This document shows, piece by piece, positions 1 through 8,649 of a DNA stretch of 62,593 nucleotides. How positions within the stretch are numbered: the stretch's first letter is position 1; every line of letters begins with the position of its first letter. The notes beneath the pieces are model-generated. The model did not search any database. It was not told the origin of the DNA and worked only from the letters and a program-made list of their open reading frames with translations. The position numbers and the translations under genes were made by a program. Origin of the DNA: an uncultured Candidatus Saccharibacteria bacterium (GTDB taxonomy: Bacteria; Patescibacteriota; Minisyncoccia; UBA6257; 1-14-0-10-40-38); contig CAZIWN010000003.1 in the NCBI GenBank assembly GCA_964543265.1, positions 1 to 62,593 of the forward strand, in the 5' to 3' direction.

Positions 1-60
1 AAATAATCCACGAGGAGAGTCTGGTAGACCATATCGCGAGAATCTTTAGGTTTTAGCTTT

Positions 61-164
61 AAATTCCCATCTACTTCGTTACAGTCTTAAATACTTCCCT
101 CGAAGTATTTAATTATTAATACATCTCGGTCGCATTTAAGCCCAAGCCTTGTATATGGGAATTT
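61..164 (+). repeat. Structured ~100-nt intergenic repeat, copy 1 of 5 (conserved core inside a copy-specific closing stem)
   Basis: Closing stem AAATTCCCAT (61-70) / ATGGGAATTT (155-164). Inner hairpin TTAAATACTTC-CCTC-GAAGTATTTAA. Core CTTCCCTCGAAGTATT...TTAATACATCTCGGTCGC aligns with the cores of the copies at 12274, 21645, 23204 and 60743. Confidence 0.5.
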
Positions 165-176
165 ATTTTCTATCAA

Positions 177-241
177 TCCCTCAGACCCACCCTTCATTAA
201 ATTCCACTAGATTTTTAAAAAACTAAATTTGTGCGCCCATG
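177..241. repeat. Direct repeat DR-a: duplicated tRNA-Arg 3' end plus ~55-nt trailer
   Basis: 60/65 nt identical to 333-397, and the last 42 nt are identical (aattccactagatttttaaaaaactaaatttgtgcgcccatg). It contains the complement of the tRNA-Arg 3' acceptor strand, but no complete tRNA is attached. Confidence 0.8.
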
Positions 242-332
242 GGAAGTGAACGTCGTCCCTCGACTTGGCTCGGGACTCTTTCAAAACCCTCGGTTTTGAA
301 TAATTTCCTATACGGAGGGAAACCGGCAGCTT

Positions 333-397
333 TCCCTCCGAACCACCCTTTGTTCAATTCCACTAGATTTTTAAAAAACTAAATTTGTGCGCCCATG
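333..397. repeat. Direct repeat DR-b: authentic tRNA-Arg 3' end plus trailer
   Basis: Partner of 177-241 (period 156 nt). Overlaps the 3' end of the intact tRNA-Arg at 388-459. Confidence 0.8.
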
Positions 398-459
398 TGG
401 AATTGAACCACAATCTCAGCCTTCGCAGGGCTACGCTCTATCCGTTGAGCTATGGGCGC
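388..459 (-). tRNA. tRNA-Arg (anticodon GCG)
   Basis: The reverse complement folds as a cloverleaf. Acceptor GCGCCCA/TGGGCGC; D-arm GCTC-AACGGATA-GAGC; anticodon arm TAGCC-CTGCGAA-GGCTG; T-arm TGTGG-TTCAATT-CCACA; discriminator A. CCA is not encoded. Confidence 0.9.
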
Positions 460-560
460 AGTTTATCTATTCAAGATTAACCGATTAAATAAATGACGGC
501 AATATTCGTACGAGATAAATTGATTTATTAAGATAAAATAGATAAGATAATTACTTAGAA

Positions 561-632
561 GCGGGCGTCGTATAGTGGCCATTATGCGACCTTGCCAAGG
601 TCGAGATGGGAGTTCGATTCTCCTCGCCCGCT
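561..632 (+). tRNA. tRNA-Gly (anticodon GCC)
   Basis: Acceptor GCGGGCG/CGCCCGC. Anticodon arm CGACC-TTGCCAA-GGTCG. T-arm GGGAG-TTCGATT-CTCCT. Confidence 0.9.
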
Positions 633-642
633 CAAAACTAAA

Positions 643-1425
643 CTAATCTTCTTTCTTTAGGATAACGCTTATAAAGAATATAAATGCCGCAGAGGCAACT
701 ATTACTGGTCCTAAATCTAAATTAAATTTAGAACTAATTATTAATCCAGAAATTACGGAAATCAGAGCCACAAGAACAGAGGTTAAAATATCCAGATTTA
801 GACTTTTGGCTAAATTTCTAGAAGTTGCCGCTGGAATAATTACGAGCGAACCCATTAAAAGCACTCCTAAAAATTTTAGTCCTAGAATTATTGCGACAAC
901 AAAACAAAGCAAGAAAGTTAGATTAATTAAGGAAGTATTTATTCCTGAAACTCTGGCAATATCTTCGGAAATAAAAGATAGTGTAAATTTTGATTTGAGT
1001 TTCAAGATTAAAATAATAATTACAATCGAGGATATAATTCCAAAGATTGATTCATTAAGGGTGAGGTTTTGAATATTTCCAAATAAAGCATCTAACAATT
1101 CCTCTCCTGAATTAATAAGCAAGCTACCCAGGGCCAGAGAGGCAGAGAAGATGACGCCAATAACTGTTTCTGCTGAAATTTTTGTTCTCCTTTCTAGCGC
1201 CCAAACAAGCAGAGCTCCTAAAAGCAAAGCTAGTCCTCCCCCGATTAAGGGATCGATGCTAAACATTACAGCCAAACCAAGACCAGGAAGGGCGATATGA
1301 CTCATGGCGTCTGCCGCTAGGGTCATCTTGCGAGTTAAAGCAAAAACCCCAACAATACCCGAAAGAGCTGCGACAAATATAATGGAAATTATTCTTAAAA
1401 ATTCTAAATTAATTATTTGATCCAT
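643..1425 (-). CDS. Metal (Zn/Mn-type) ABC transporter permease, ABC-3 family
   Basis: 260-aa polytopic protein with the ZnuB/MntB-like motif DAMSHIALPGLGLA. Lies 4 nt downstream of the ATPase gene. Confidence 0.8.
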   Translation of the reverse strand: MDQIINLEFLRIISIIFVAALSGIVGVFALTRKMTLAADAMSHIALPGLGLAVMFSIDPLIGGGLALLLGALLVWALERRTKISAETVIGVIFSASLALGSLLINSGEELLDALFGNIQNLTLNESIFGIISSIVIIILILKLKSKFTLSFISEDIARVSGINTSLINLTFLLCFVVAIILGLKFLGVLLMGSLVIIPAATSRNLAKSLNLDILTSVLVALISVISGLIISSKFNLDLGPVIVASAAFIFFISVILKKED

Positions 1426-1429
1426 AAAA

Positions 1430-2146
1430 TTAATTACTTGGTTTATCTAAATCGTGAAGATGGTGCATTACTCTCGAGCCATATAATCTATCTAAAACTT
1501 CTGGGGTTAAGGTTGAGTGCGGATCTCCCACACAGGAGAGTGATTTATTTAAACAGATAACCTTATCAGCGTAACGACCAACTAAATTAAGATCGTGTGA
1601 AATAAAAATAAGGGTGAACCCTTTTTCGTCTTGAAGATGGTGAAGTGTTTGATAGATCTGTTCTTCTCCCGGCAGATCAACACCGGAAGTTGGCTCATCA
1701 AAAAGAAGAAGATTTGCATCACCTATTAAAGCGAATGCGATTAATGCCCTTTGCAATTCTCCTCCGGACAATTTAGCTAATGGCCTAGATAATTTATCGC
1801 TATTTAAGTGAACTAATTTTAAAGCTTCAAAAATATGATTTCTTTTAATTTTAGAAATATCGCATTTAAGAGATAGGAAGTCTTTAAGTGTGATTGTTAG
1901 ATTTCTTTCTAAATCTATTCTTTGAGGAACATATCCAATCTTAATTCCATTACCCCATTCGATCACTCCCTTATTATAAGAGGTGGATCCGATTAAGCAT
2001 TTAAATAGAGTTGTCTTACCAGATCCATTTGGACCAATTATGGCTACCGACTCACCTTTTAAAACATTAAAAGAGAGGTTTTTTAAGATAACCTCTTCAC
2101 CAAAACTAACCCCCAAATCATTGACTTCTAGAGCTTTTTCTGCCAT
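1430..2146 (-). CDS. Metal ABC transporter ATP-binding protein (ZnuC-like)
   Basis: Walker A GPNGSGKTT, ABC signature LSGGELQR, Walker B LLLFDEPTSGVD. Confidence 0.85.
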   Translation of the reverse strand: MAEKALEVNDLGVSFGEEVILKNLSFNVLKGESVAIIGPNGSGKTTLFKCLIGSTSYNKGVIEWGNGIKIGYVPQRIDLERNLTITLKDFLSLKCDISKIKRNHIFEALKLVHLNSDKLSRPLAKLSGGELQRALIAFALIGDANLLLFDEPTSGVDLPGEEQIYQTLHHLQDEKGFTLIFISHDLNLVGRYADKVICLNKSLSCVGDPHSTLTPEVLDRLYGSRVMHHLHDLDKPSN

Positions 2147-2286
2147 AATTTATTTCGATAAAAGACTTTTAGCTTGATAGCTTATTTACTTGATTTATTC
2201 TATCCTAAATCTATATCTTTTAAAAGTCTGTGATTTTAAAAGATGGCTTAAATTAAGGTAACTTTTAATCATTTTATTCGTTCTAT

Positions 2287-2850
2287 ATGATAGAACACGA
2301 AGATATTTTAATAGAGGGAGCTTCGAAAGGAAGCCAATCAGACTTTGCTAAGTTATATGATGCATATATAGAACAAATCTATAGATTCGCATATTTTAAG
2401 CTTAGTAATAAAAAAGATGCTGAAGATTTGGCCCACGATGTTTTTTTAACTGCGTGGCAGAATATGCCAAATTTCATATCTATGGGCCACCCCTTTTCAA
2501 GCTGGCTATATAAAATAACTAAAAATAAAATAATAGATCGCTGGAGAGGAAAGAAAAACAATATCAGCACAGAGACGATGAAAGAAAACGGTCAAGAAAT
2601 AGAGTTTTCTTCTAATTTAGTTGAAAAACTAAATACTGATATGACTTCTGAGGTGGCAATTTCTGCAGTGAAAAAGCTGGACCACATAAAACAAGAGGTT
2701 ATGTTTTTGAAGTATGTTTCCGAAATGGATACTAAGGAAATTGCGAAGGTGATCGGAAAGACAGAAGGGGCAACAAGGGTGATATTGCATAGAGCCATAC
2801 AAGAAGTTAAAACAAATTTAAATGAACAATATGGAGGAAATCTTGTCTAA
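2287..2850 (+). CDS. ECF-type RNA polymerase sigma-70 family factor
   Basis: Region 2-like DLAHDVFLTAW..SWLYKITKNKIIDRWR and region 4 HTH EIAKVIGKTEGATRVILHRA. Confidence 0.8.
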   Translation: MIEHEDILIEGASKGSQSDFAKLYDAYIEQIYRFAYFKLSNKKDAEDLAHDVFLTAWQNMPNFISMGHPFSSWLYKITKNKIIDRWRGKKNNISTETMKENGQEIEFSSNLVEKLNTDMTSEVAISAVKKLDHIKQEVMFLKYVSEMDTKEIAKVIGKTEGATRVILHRAIQEVKTNLNEQYGGNLV

Positions 2851-3205
2851 AAAGTTAAAACAAGGAACATATCAAGAAATTGATAAGAATTTCACAGACG
2901 TTTCGAAGCGCCTGATTTTTGCTTCTTCTCAAATCAAGAGATTTTCTCTAAAAGAATATTTTACGGAGCATAGACTATCGTTATCTTTTTCGTTTGCAGC
3001 TGCCCTATTAACATTGGGTCTTTTGCAGGGAATAAATTATTTTAGAAATGACAATTCGCTTGCTATGTCTAAAAACGCACAAGCCACAAAGTCTGAGGAT
3101 TTAAATCTAGATATTAAACTAAAAGAGATACAATATTTTTCCGACTCAAGAGATGAGGTGGCGGTACTTTTGAAAGAAATTAAAGATTTTGATTCTAGGC
3201 AATAA
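2822..3205 (+). CDS. Putative membrane anti-sigma factor (single-pass)
   Basis: Overlaps the sigma gene's 3' end. Has a central TM segment LSLSFSFAAALLTLGLLQGI. No recognisable domain; the call is positional. Confidence 0.4.
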   Translation: MNNMEEILSKKLKQGTYQEIDKNFTDVSKRLIFASSQIKRFSLKEYFTEHRLSLSFSFAAALLTLGLLQGINYFRNDNSLAMSKNAQATKSEDLNLDIKLKEIQYFSDSRDEVAVLLKEIKDFDSRQ

Positions 3206-3213
3206 AAATAGAT

Positions 3214-4062
3214 ATGAAATTTAAGATGTTAAAAAATAATGTGTTTTGGCGCTTTTCTTTTTCGGCCGTATTAGCCGTTTGTTTTTTAACGTCAAATAAT
3301 AGCGTTGCCCTAGCCCAATCTGATGAACTAATAAAATCTGCTAAAACAGAGGCTTCTAGCGCCGTGTCTAAAATATTAGATTTAAAAAATCAAAACCTAG
3401 ATATAAAAGATAAAACAAAAATCGAGATATCTCTTAAAAAGCAAAGCTTAAGTAAAATAGTAGAGATAATGCTTCTTGAAACCAAACAATCAATTTCCAA
3501 CCTAGAAGAAATAAAAGACATTGATTCTAAAATATTAGAGATTAGAGATGGTCTTGTTGTTTTTATGAATGATTACTCTATTGAATTAAGCGACTTGAAT
3601 AAATCATTGCAGGATTCTCAAGACTTAGAGTCCTTAAAGATTATGACCCAGAAAGTTTCTGATATTAAGGAAAAATCTGATAAAGCAGATAAATTATCTG
3701 ACGATCTTTCTTTGTTTTATGAAAATGGAAAGGCGGTTAGAATTGCTGAACAAAGATTCTCTAAAATCAGCAATCAGATTAAAAAGATGGGAATAAATTC
3801 TAAAGATGCGGAAACCATAGATATAATAATGAAAGACGCTTCTAAAAACATAAAAGAAGCTGGAGAGTTGGTGAGTGAAGGAGCTAAATATTTTTTACAA
3901 GAATCTGAAAATTTCAAAGATTTTATCGCTTCAGGTAATGGTGATATTTTAACAACTAAAGGAAAAGAAGATAAATATATAAAGACTTTAGCTCAGACAT
4001 CGCTAGTTAAGATTAAGGTTGCATATAAAGGATTTATATCAATATCCGACATCATCAAATAA
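3214..4062 (+). CDS. Secreted coiled-coil protein of unknown function (third gene of the sigma module)
   Basis: N-terminal signal-like segment ...AVLAVCFLTSNNSVALAQ. The remainder is K/E/D/S-rich and helical-looking. Confidence 0.5.
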   Translation: MKFKMLKNNVFWRFSFSAVLAVCFLTSNNSVALAQSDELIKSAKTEASSAVSKILDLKNQNLDIKDKTKIEISLKKQSLSKIVEIMLLETKQSISNLEEIKDIDSKILEIRDGLVVFMNDYSIELSDLNKSLQDSQDLESLKIMTQKVSDIKEKSDKADKLSDDLSLFYENGKAVRIAEQRFSKISNQIKKMGINSKDAETIDIIMKDASKNIKEAGELVSEGAKYFLQESENFKDFIASGNGDILTTKGKEDKYIKTLAQTSLVKIKVAYKGFISISDIIK

Positions 4063-4088
4063 AAACACCCCGATATCGGGGTGTTTTT
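4061..4088. terminator. Bidirectional intrinsic terminator
   Basis: AAAAACACCCCGAT/ATCGGGGTGTTTTT is a perfect palindrome flanked by A- and T-runs, between convergent genes. Confidence 0.8.
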
Positions 4089-4106
4089 ATTTGATTGCAA
4101 TAAATT

Positions 4107-4385
4107 TTATTTATTGACTGCTTCTTTCAAGAGTTTTCCGGCTCTGAATTTTGGCTTAATGGAAGCTGGAGCCATTTTCTTTTCACCGGTTCTAGGATTT
4201 CTTACTTCTCTGGCTGCTCTTTTCATGGTTTTGAATGTTCCAAAACCAGTGATAGCAACTTCATCTCCCTTTGCAAGGGTCTTTGTAATTGTATCGAAGA
4301 GAGCTTCGACTGCTGCTTGAGCTTGTTTCTTTGTCTCAATCGCTGCTGCCTGCATAACTGCATCTATTAATTCGTCTTTTTTCAT
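4107..4385 (-). CDS. hup: DNA-binding protein HU
   Basis: 92 aa with classic HU sequence: MKKDELI..., GFGTF, RNPRTGE. Confidence 0.9.
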   Translation of the reverse strand: MKKDELIDAVMQAAAIETKKQAQAAVEALFDTITKTLAKGDEVAITGFGTFKTMKRAAREVRNPRTGEKKMAPASIKPKFRAGKLLKEAVNK

Positions 4386-4536
4386 TTTTTTATTATTTTT
4401 AAATTATTTGGACTCGGTCTTTTGTTTATAAGTAAGCCTAGTCTCTTGTAAAACAAGGAGAAACGACCTTTCCTTGATACCTAGTCAGTATAATACATAG
4501 ATTATCAAATTTACAACTACGAGTATTAACTCCCTC

Positions 4537-6060
4537 TTAGCGAGCATATTCCACCGCCCTTAGTTCCCTGATAACGTTAACCTTAATTTCTCCAGGATAT
4601 TTCATTTCTGCCTGAATTTTACCAGCTATATCGCGAGCCATTTGTAAGGCTTTAAAATCATCAACCTTTTCAGGAACAACGAAAACCCTCATTTCCCTAC
4701 CAGCAGAAAGCGCATAGGATGTGCGAACACCGTCGAAGCTATTAACTATGCGTTCCAAATCCTGCAATCTCTTTATATAAGCTTCAACCGTATCGCGCCT
4801 AGCTCCTGGACGAGCGGCAGATAAGGCATCTGCGGCTCCAACGATGAATGATTCTGGCGTGGAATATGGATATTCCTCATGATGACTTTCCATGGCTCGA
4901 ATAACCGCTTCTTCAATTCCGTATTTTTTCAAAATTTTTCTTCCTAATTCAACATGGGTTCCTTCAACCTCATGACTGATGGCTTTACCTATATCGTGTA
5001 AAAGCGCTCCTTTTTTAGCGATCTCGACGTTAGCGCCAAGTTCAGCTGCAATTATTCCAGAAATATGAGCCATTTCTATAGAATGAACCAAAACATTTTG
5101 ACCATAAGAAGTTCTGAAATGAAGCCTACCTAAAAGCTGAACAATTTCTCTTGGAAGTCCAACTATACCAACCTCAAGAGCGGCTTCTTCTCCAATGGCG
5201 ATCATTCTTTTACTTAATTCGTTGGTAGCTTCTAAGACTTTTTCTTCTATTTTGGCTGGATGAATCCTTCCATCTTTAATTAATTTTTCCAAAGCAACTT
5301 TTGCAATTTCGCGCCTTAAAGGATCAAAAGAAGAAATAACCATAGTGTCTGGAGTTTCATCAACCACCAGCTCAACGCCAGTTAATCTTTCTAGGGTTCT
5401 GATATTTCTACCTTCTTTTCCAATAATCTTTCCTTTTAATTCTTCACTGGGTAACTGAAAAACTGTGGTAGTAAGATCGGCAACGTGACTTCTGGAGTAT
5501 CTTTGAATGGCGGTGGTAATAATTTCTGAAGTTCTTTTTTCTATGTCTTCCCTCTTATCTCTTTCTAGTCTCTGAATGAGTCTTGGAAGCTCTTCTTTGT
5601 ATTCACTCTCAACCTTACCGAATAATTCTTTTTTTGCCTCTTCCTTGCTAAAGCCGGCTATTTTTTCCAATTCTCCACTTAAAGATTTTTTAATTACGTC
5701 AACTTCTTTTTTTATGGCCTCGATATTGCTATTTTCTGTTCTTAGAGCAGCTTCTTTTCTGTCTATTTCCTTAATCTGCCTTTCGAGAGATTCTTCCTTG
5801 GCTTGAATTTTTGCCTCTAATTTTTCTATAGCGACCATCTTTTCCCTTTCCTCATTCTTCTGAGAGTCTAAAAGAGATCTTGCCTTTTCCTTGGCCTCTA
5901 AAATAAGTTTTTCTGCCTCTAAGCTAGCCGATGCCTTTTTAAGCTTCAGCTCTTCTTCTAGCCCGCTTAGCTTCTGTTTAGTTATTAATCTTGGAATAAA
6001 GTAACCTAAAATCACGCCAGCTATCAAAATACCAGCCTGTAAAAAGATGTTTGGATTCAT
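4537..6060 (-). CDS. rny: Ribonuclease Y
   Basis: N-terminal TM, long coiled coil, KH region (GKIIGKEGRNIR), HD domain (LLHDIGKA). Confidence 0.9.
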   Translation of the reverse strand: MNPNIFLQAGILIAGVILGYFIPRLITKQKLSGLEEELKLKKASASLEAEKLILEAKEKARSLLDSQKNEEREKMVAIEKLEAKIQAKEESLERQIKEIDRKEAALRTENSNIEAIKKEVDVIKKSLSGELEKIAGFSKEEAKKELFGKVESEYKEELPRLIQRLERDKREDIEKRTSEIITTAIQRYSRSHVADLTTTVFQLPSEELKGKIIGKEGRNIRTLERLTGVELVVDETPDTMVISSFDPLRREIAKVALEKLIKDGRIHPAKIEEKVLEATNELSKRMIAIGEEAALEVGIVGLPREIVQLLGRLHFRTSYGQNVLVHSIEMAHISGIIAAELGANVEIAKKGALLHDIGKAISHEVEGTHVELGRKILKKYGIEEAVIRAMESHHEEYPYSTPESFIVGAADALSAARPGARRDTVEAYIKRLQDLERIVNSFDGVRTSYALSAGREMRVFVVPEKVDDFKALQMARDIAGKIQAEMKYPGEIKVNVIRELRAVEYAR

Positions 6061-6332
6061 GTTTGTTTTTTACCCTTAAGCTCTCCAAACTAACAAAAGA
6101 AAACACAAGACTTAAGAGAAATAAATTAGTTGTTAATTCAAAATCGATCATATTTTTATATTACAATAATTACATAAAAAAGTATATATAATATATTAAT
6201 TAAACTGGCGTTAAAACAATTAGCACTTAGGCATCTAACTCGCTAAATTTTTAGCCTAAAAATTTAGCGAAGTGCTTTTATTCTGTTATAATCGGTTTAA
6301 ATTAGGAAATTTAGACCGATCAGTATAAAAGC

Positions 6333-7889
6333 ATGAAAAACACTTTAATTCTTCTTATAATAGACGGATTTGGGCTTGGTAGGAAAGATTTTACTAATCC
6401 CGTTGAAAAAGTTAATCCAAAAAATATCAATTTTATAAAAAGCCATTTTTTATCTGGCTCACTGCAAGCTTCGGGAATTGCGGTTGGGCTACCTTTTGGA
6501 GAAGAAGGAAATAGCGAGGTTGGCCACTTAACTTTGGGTTGCGGAAGGATTCCAGCCCAGCACTTCCCTAAAATAAATTTAGCGATAAAAAACGGCGACT
6601 TCTTTAAGAATAAACAACTTCTAGAAGCAATGAATCATGTTAGGAAGAATAAATCAGTGCTAAACTTGGCCGGACTTTTAACGGAAGGAAACGTACATGC
6701 ATCATTAGAACACATAGAAGCTATTTTAAAGATGGCGAAAAATGAAAATGTGCCAAAATTGAATTTTCATTTATTTACCGACGGAAAAGACAGCGCACCA
6801 AAATCGGCCCTAAGACTTATCGAAAAAATAGAAGGATTAATTAAAAAATATGAGCTTGGAAAAATTGCATCAATCTCTGGAAGATATTATGCGCTAGATC
6901 GTGATGAACACTACGAGAGAACAGAAAAAGCATATTTAGCTATGACTGGGCAAATTAAACCAGAGCAAAATTTCAAAGAAAAAATTAAGAAGCACTATGA
7001 AAGAGAGTTGCCAGATGAACATATAGACCCAATGGTAGTTGGACCAGGGGCTGATTTTGTAAAAAGTAATGACGCTTTAATATTTTTTGATTTTCGCGAA
7101 GATAGCATTAGGCAATTAGCTAGTTCGTTTATTTTAAAAAATTTCGAAAGATTTCAGACTGTGGCCTTAAATAACTTATACATCACGACGATGACTAGCT
7201 ATTCTGAAAAATTTCCAGTTGAACCTATATTTCCCAATGAAGTAATAGAAAATACTCTTGGCAAGGTTCTTTCTGATGCTGGAAAAATTCAATTAAGAAT
7301 TGCTGAAACAGAAAAATACGCCCATGTCACCTATTTTTTTGATGGCTACAGAGATAAGCCGTTTGAAGGAGAATATAAAGTTTTAATACCATCAAAAAAA
7401 GTCTTAAAGGTGGATAGCGCACCAGAGATGATGGCGAGCGAAATATCGAATAGAATAATGGAATCTATTTCTGAAGGTGGATTTGATTTTATACTGGCTA
7501 ACTTTGCCAACACCGACATTATGGCTCATACGGGAAATTTTGAAGCTGGAGTAAGAGCTGTCGAGGTGGTAGATGAGGAGATTGGAAAAATAATGAATAT
7601 GGCCCTGCAAAAAAATGCGACACTCATAATCACCTCTGATCATGGGCACGTTGAGGAAATGCTTAATCCTTATACCGGAGAGCGAGAAACTAAACACGTG
7701 CCAAGTTTGGTGCCGATTTATTTAGTGGGAGAAAAATTCAGAAGAATAAAGGAAAAAGCTGAAATTAATGAAATTGAAGATCAAGCCATGGGATTTCTTT
7801 CGGATGTCGCCCCGACTATTTTAGATTTAATGGGCATACCTAAACCTAAAGAGATGACTGGGGTTAGTATTTTAAAAATACTGCAATAA
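6333..7889 (+). CDS. gpmI: 2,3-bisphosphoglycerate-independent phosphoglycerate mutase
   Basis: Motifs NSEVGHLTLGCGR, ANTDIMAHTG and TSDHGH are typical of iPGM. Confidence 0.85.
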   Translation: MKNTLILLIIDGFGLGRKDFTNPVEKVNPKNINFIKSHFLSGSLQASGIAVGLPFGEEGNSEVGHLTLGCGRIPAQHFPKINLAIKNGDFFKNKQLLEAMNHVRKNKSVLNLAGLLTEGNVHASLEHIEAILKMAKNENVPKLNFHLFTDGKDSAPKSALRLIEKIEGLIKKYELGKIASISGRYYALDRDEHYERTEKAYLAMTGQIKPEQNFKEKIKKHYERELPDEHIDPMVVGPGADFVKSNDALIFFDFREDSIRQLASSFILKNFERFQTVALNNLYITTMTSYSEKFPVEPIFPNEVIENTLGKVLSDAGKIQLRIAETEKYAHVTYFFDGYRDKPFEGEYKVLIPSKKVLKVDSAPEMMASEISNRIMESISEGGFDFILANFANTDIMAHTGNFEAGVRAVEVVDEEIGKIMNMALQKNATLIITSDHGHVEEMLNPYTGERETKHVPSLVPIYLVGEKFRRIKEKAEINEIEDQAMGFLSDVAPTILDLMGIPKPKEMTGVSILKILQ

Positions 7890-7911
7890 AAATTTGATAT
7901 AATAGAGATAT

Positions 7912-8283
7912 ATGAAATTTATTTCTCATTTAATATTTCTTTTCCTAGTTAATTTGGGAGCCATTCTTTTAGTTGAAAAACTAACGCCTCTTTTTAAGAT
8001 AACGGGAGGAGTTGTTGAATTAGTTAAAATAACCGCAGCTTTAACACTGATAAACCTCATTTTGAAGCCGATAATTAAGTTTTTACTGTCGCCGGTCATA
8101 ATCTTAACTTTTGGATTGGCAACAGTATTGATAAACTTAGCGATTTTATTTACTCTTGACTTTATGTTTCAATCCCTTACAATATCAGGTATATACGGAC
8201 TCGTTTATTCAACGATAGTAATCGGACTTGTGAACTTTTTCATCAATTTTTCTGCGCATCATTTGTTTAAAAAATCTATATAA
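7912..8283 (+). CDS. 4-TM membrane protein, phage-holin-4-like family
   Basis: 123 aa with four hydrophobic segments. The LKPIIKFLLSPVIILTFGL pattern resembles the PF04020-type family. Confidence 0.5.
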   Translation: MKFISHLIFLFLVNLGAILLVEKLTPLFKITGGVVELVKITAALTLINLILKPIIKFLLSPVIILTFGLATVLINLAILFTLDFMFQSLTISGIYGLVYSTIVIGLVNFFINFSAHHLFKKSI

Positions 8284-8285
8284 TA

Positions 8286-8501
8286 ATGAATATAATTACG
8301 ATTTTACAGGTTGCTGTTTCGGCAATCATAATAGTGCTCGTTTTACTACAAGAAAGAGGAGCTGGAGCTTCTGGTCTTTTTGGCAATTCTGAGGCTGGTT
8401 TTTATGAAACAAGAAGAGGATTAGAGAGAGGTATTTTTATAGCTACAATCGTGCTAGTTGTTGTGTTCGCAGGATTATCAATTCTGAATTTGTTACAATA
8501 A
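8286..8501 (+). CDS. secG: Preprotein translocase subunit SecG
   Basis: 71 aa, two TM segments, VLLQERGAGASGLFG motif. Confidence 0.8.
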   Translation: MNIITILQVAVSAIIIVLVLLQERGAGASGLFGNSEAGFYETRRGLERGIFIATIVLVVVFAGLSILNLLQ

Positions 8502-8649
8502 GTATTTAAAGAAGTAAATGTTGTTTTCGAGCAAAAGCTCGAAATGAATTAGCGCGTCTTATTCGCTCGCTAAGCTTCGTGAAGTGATTTTATTCAATTA
8601 ATATCGCTCGGAAGCGAAAGATCCCGAACATAAGAAGGAATAAAATCAA

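Noticed and set aside
1-60. The plus-strand CCACGAGGAGAGTCTGGTAGACC superficially resembles the RNase P RNA CR-I motif (GAGGAAAGUCCGG).
   Set aside because: The match covers only about 10 nt. The following sequence lacks P4 partner motifs, and the region is better explained as the flank of the structured repeat at 61-164. It cannot be supported without a covariance search.
8520-8640. A possible sixth copy of the structured repeat (TTATTCGCTCGCTAAGCTTCGTG).
   Set aside because: Only short, scattered matches to the core exist, and there is no convincing closing stem. It is more simply a secG terminator hairpin (TTTCGAGC-AAAA-GCTCGAAA) plus unrelated spacer.
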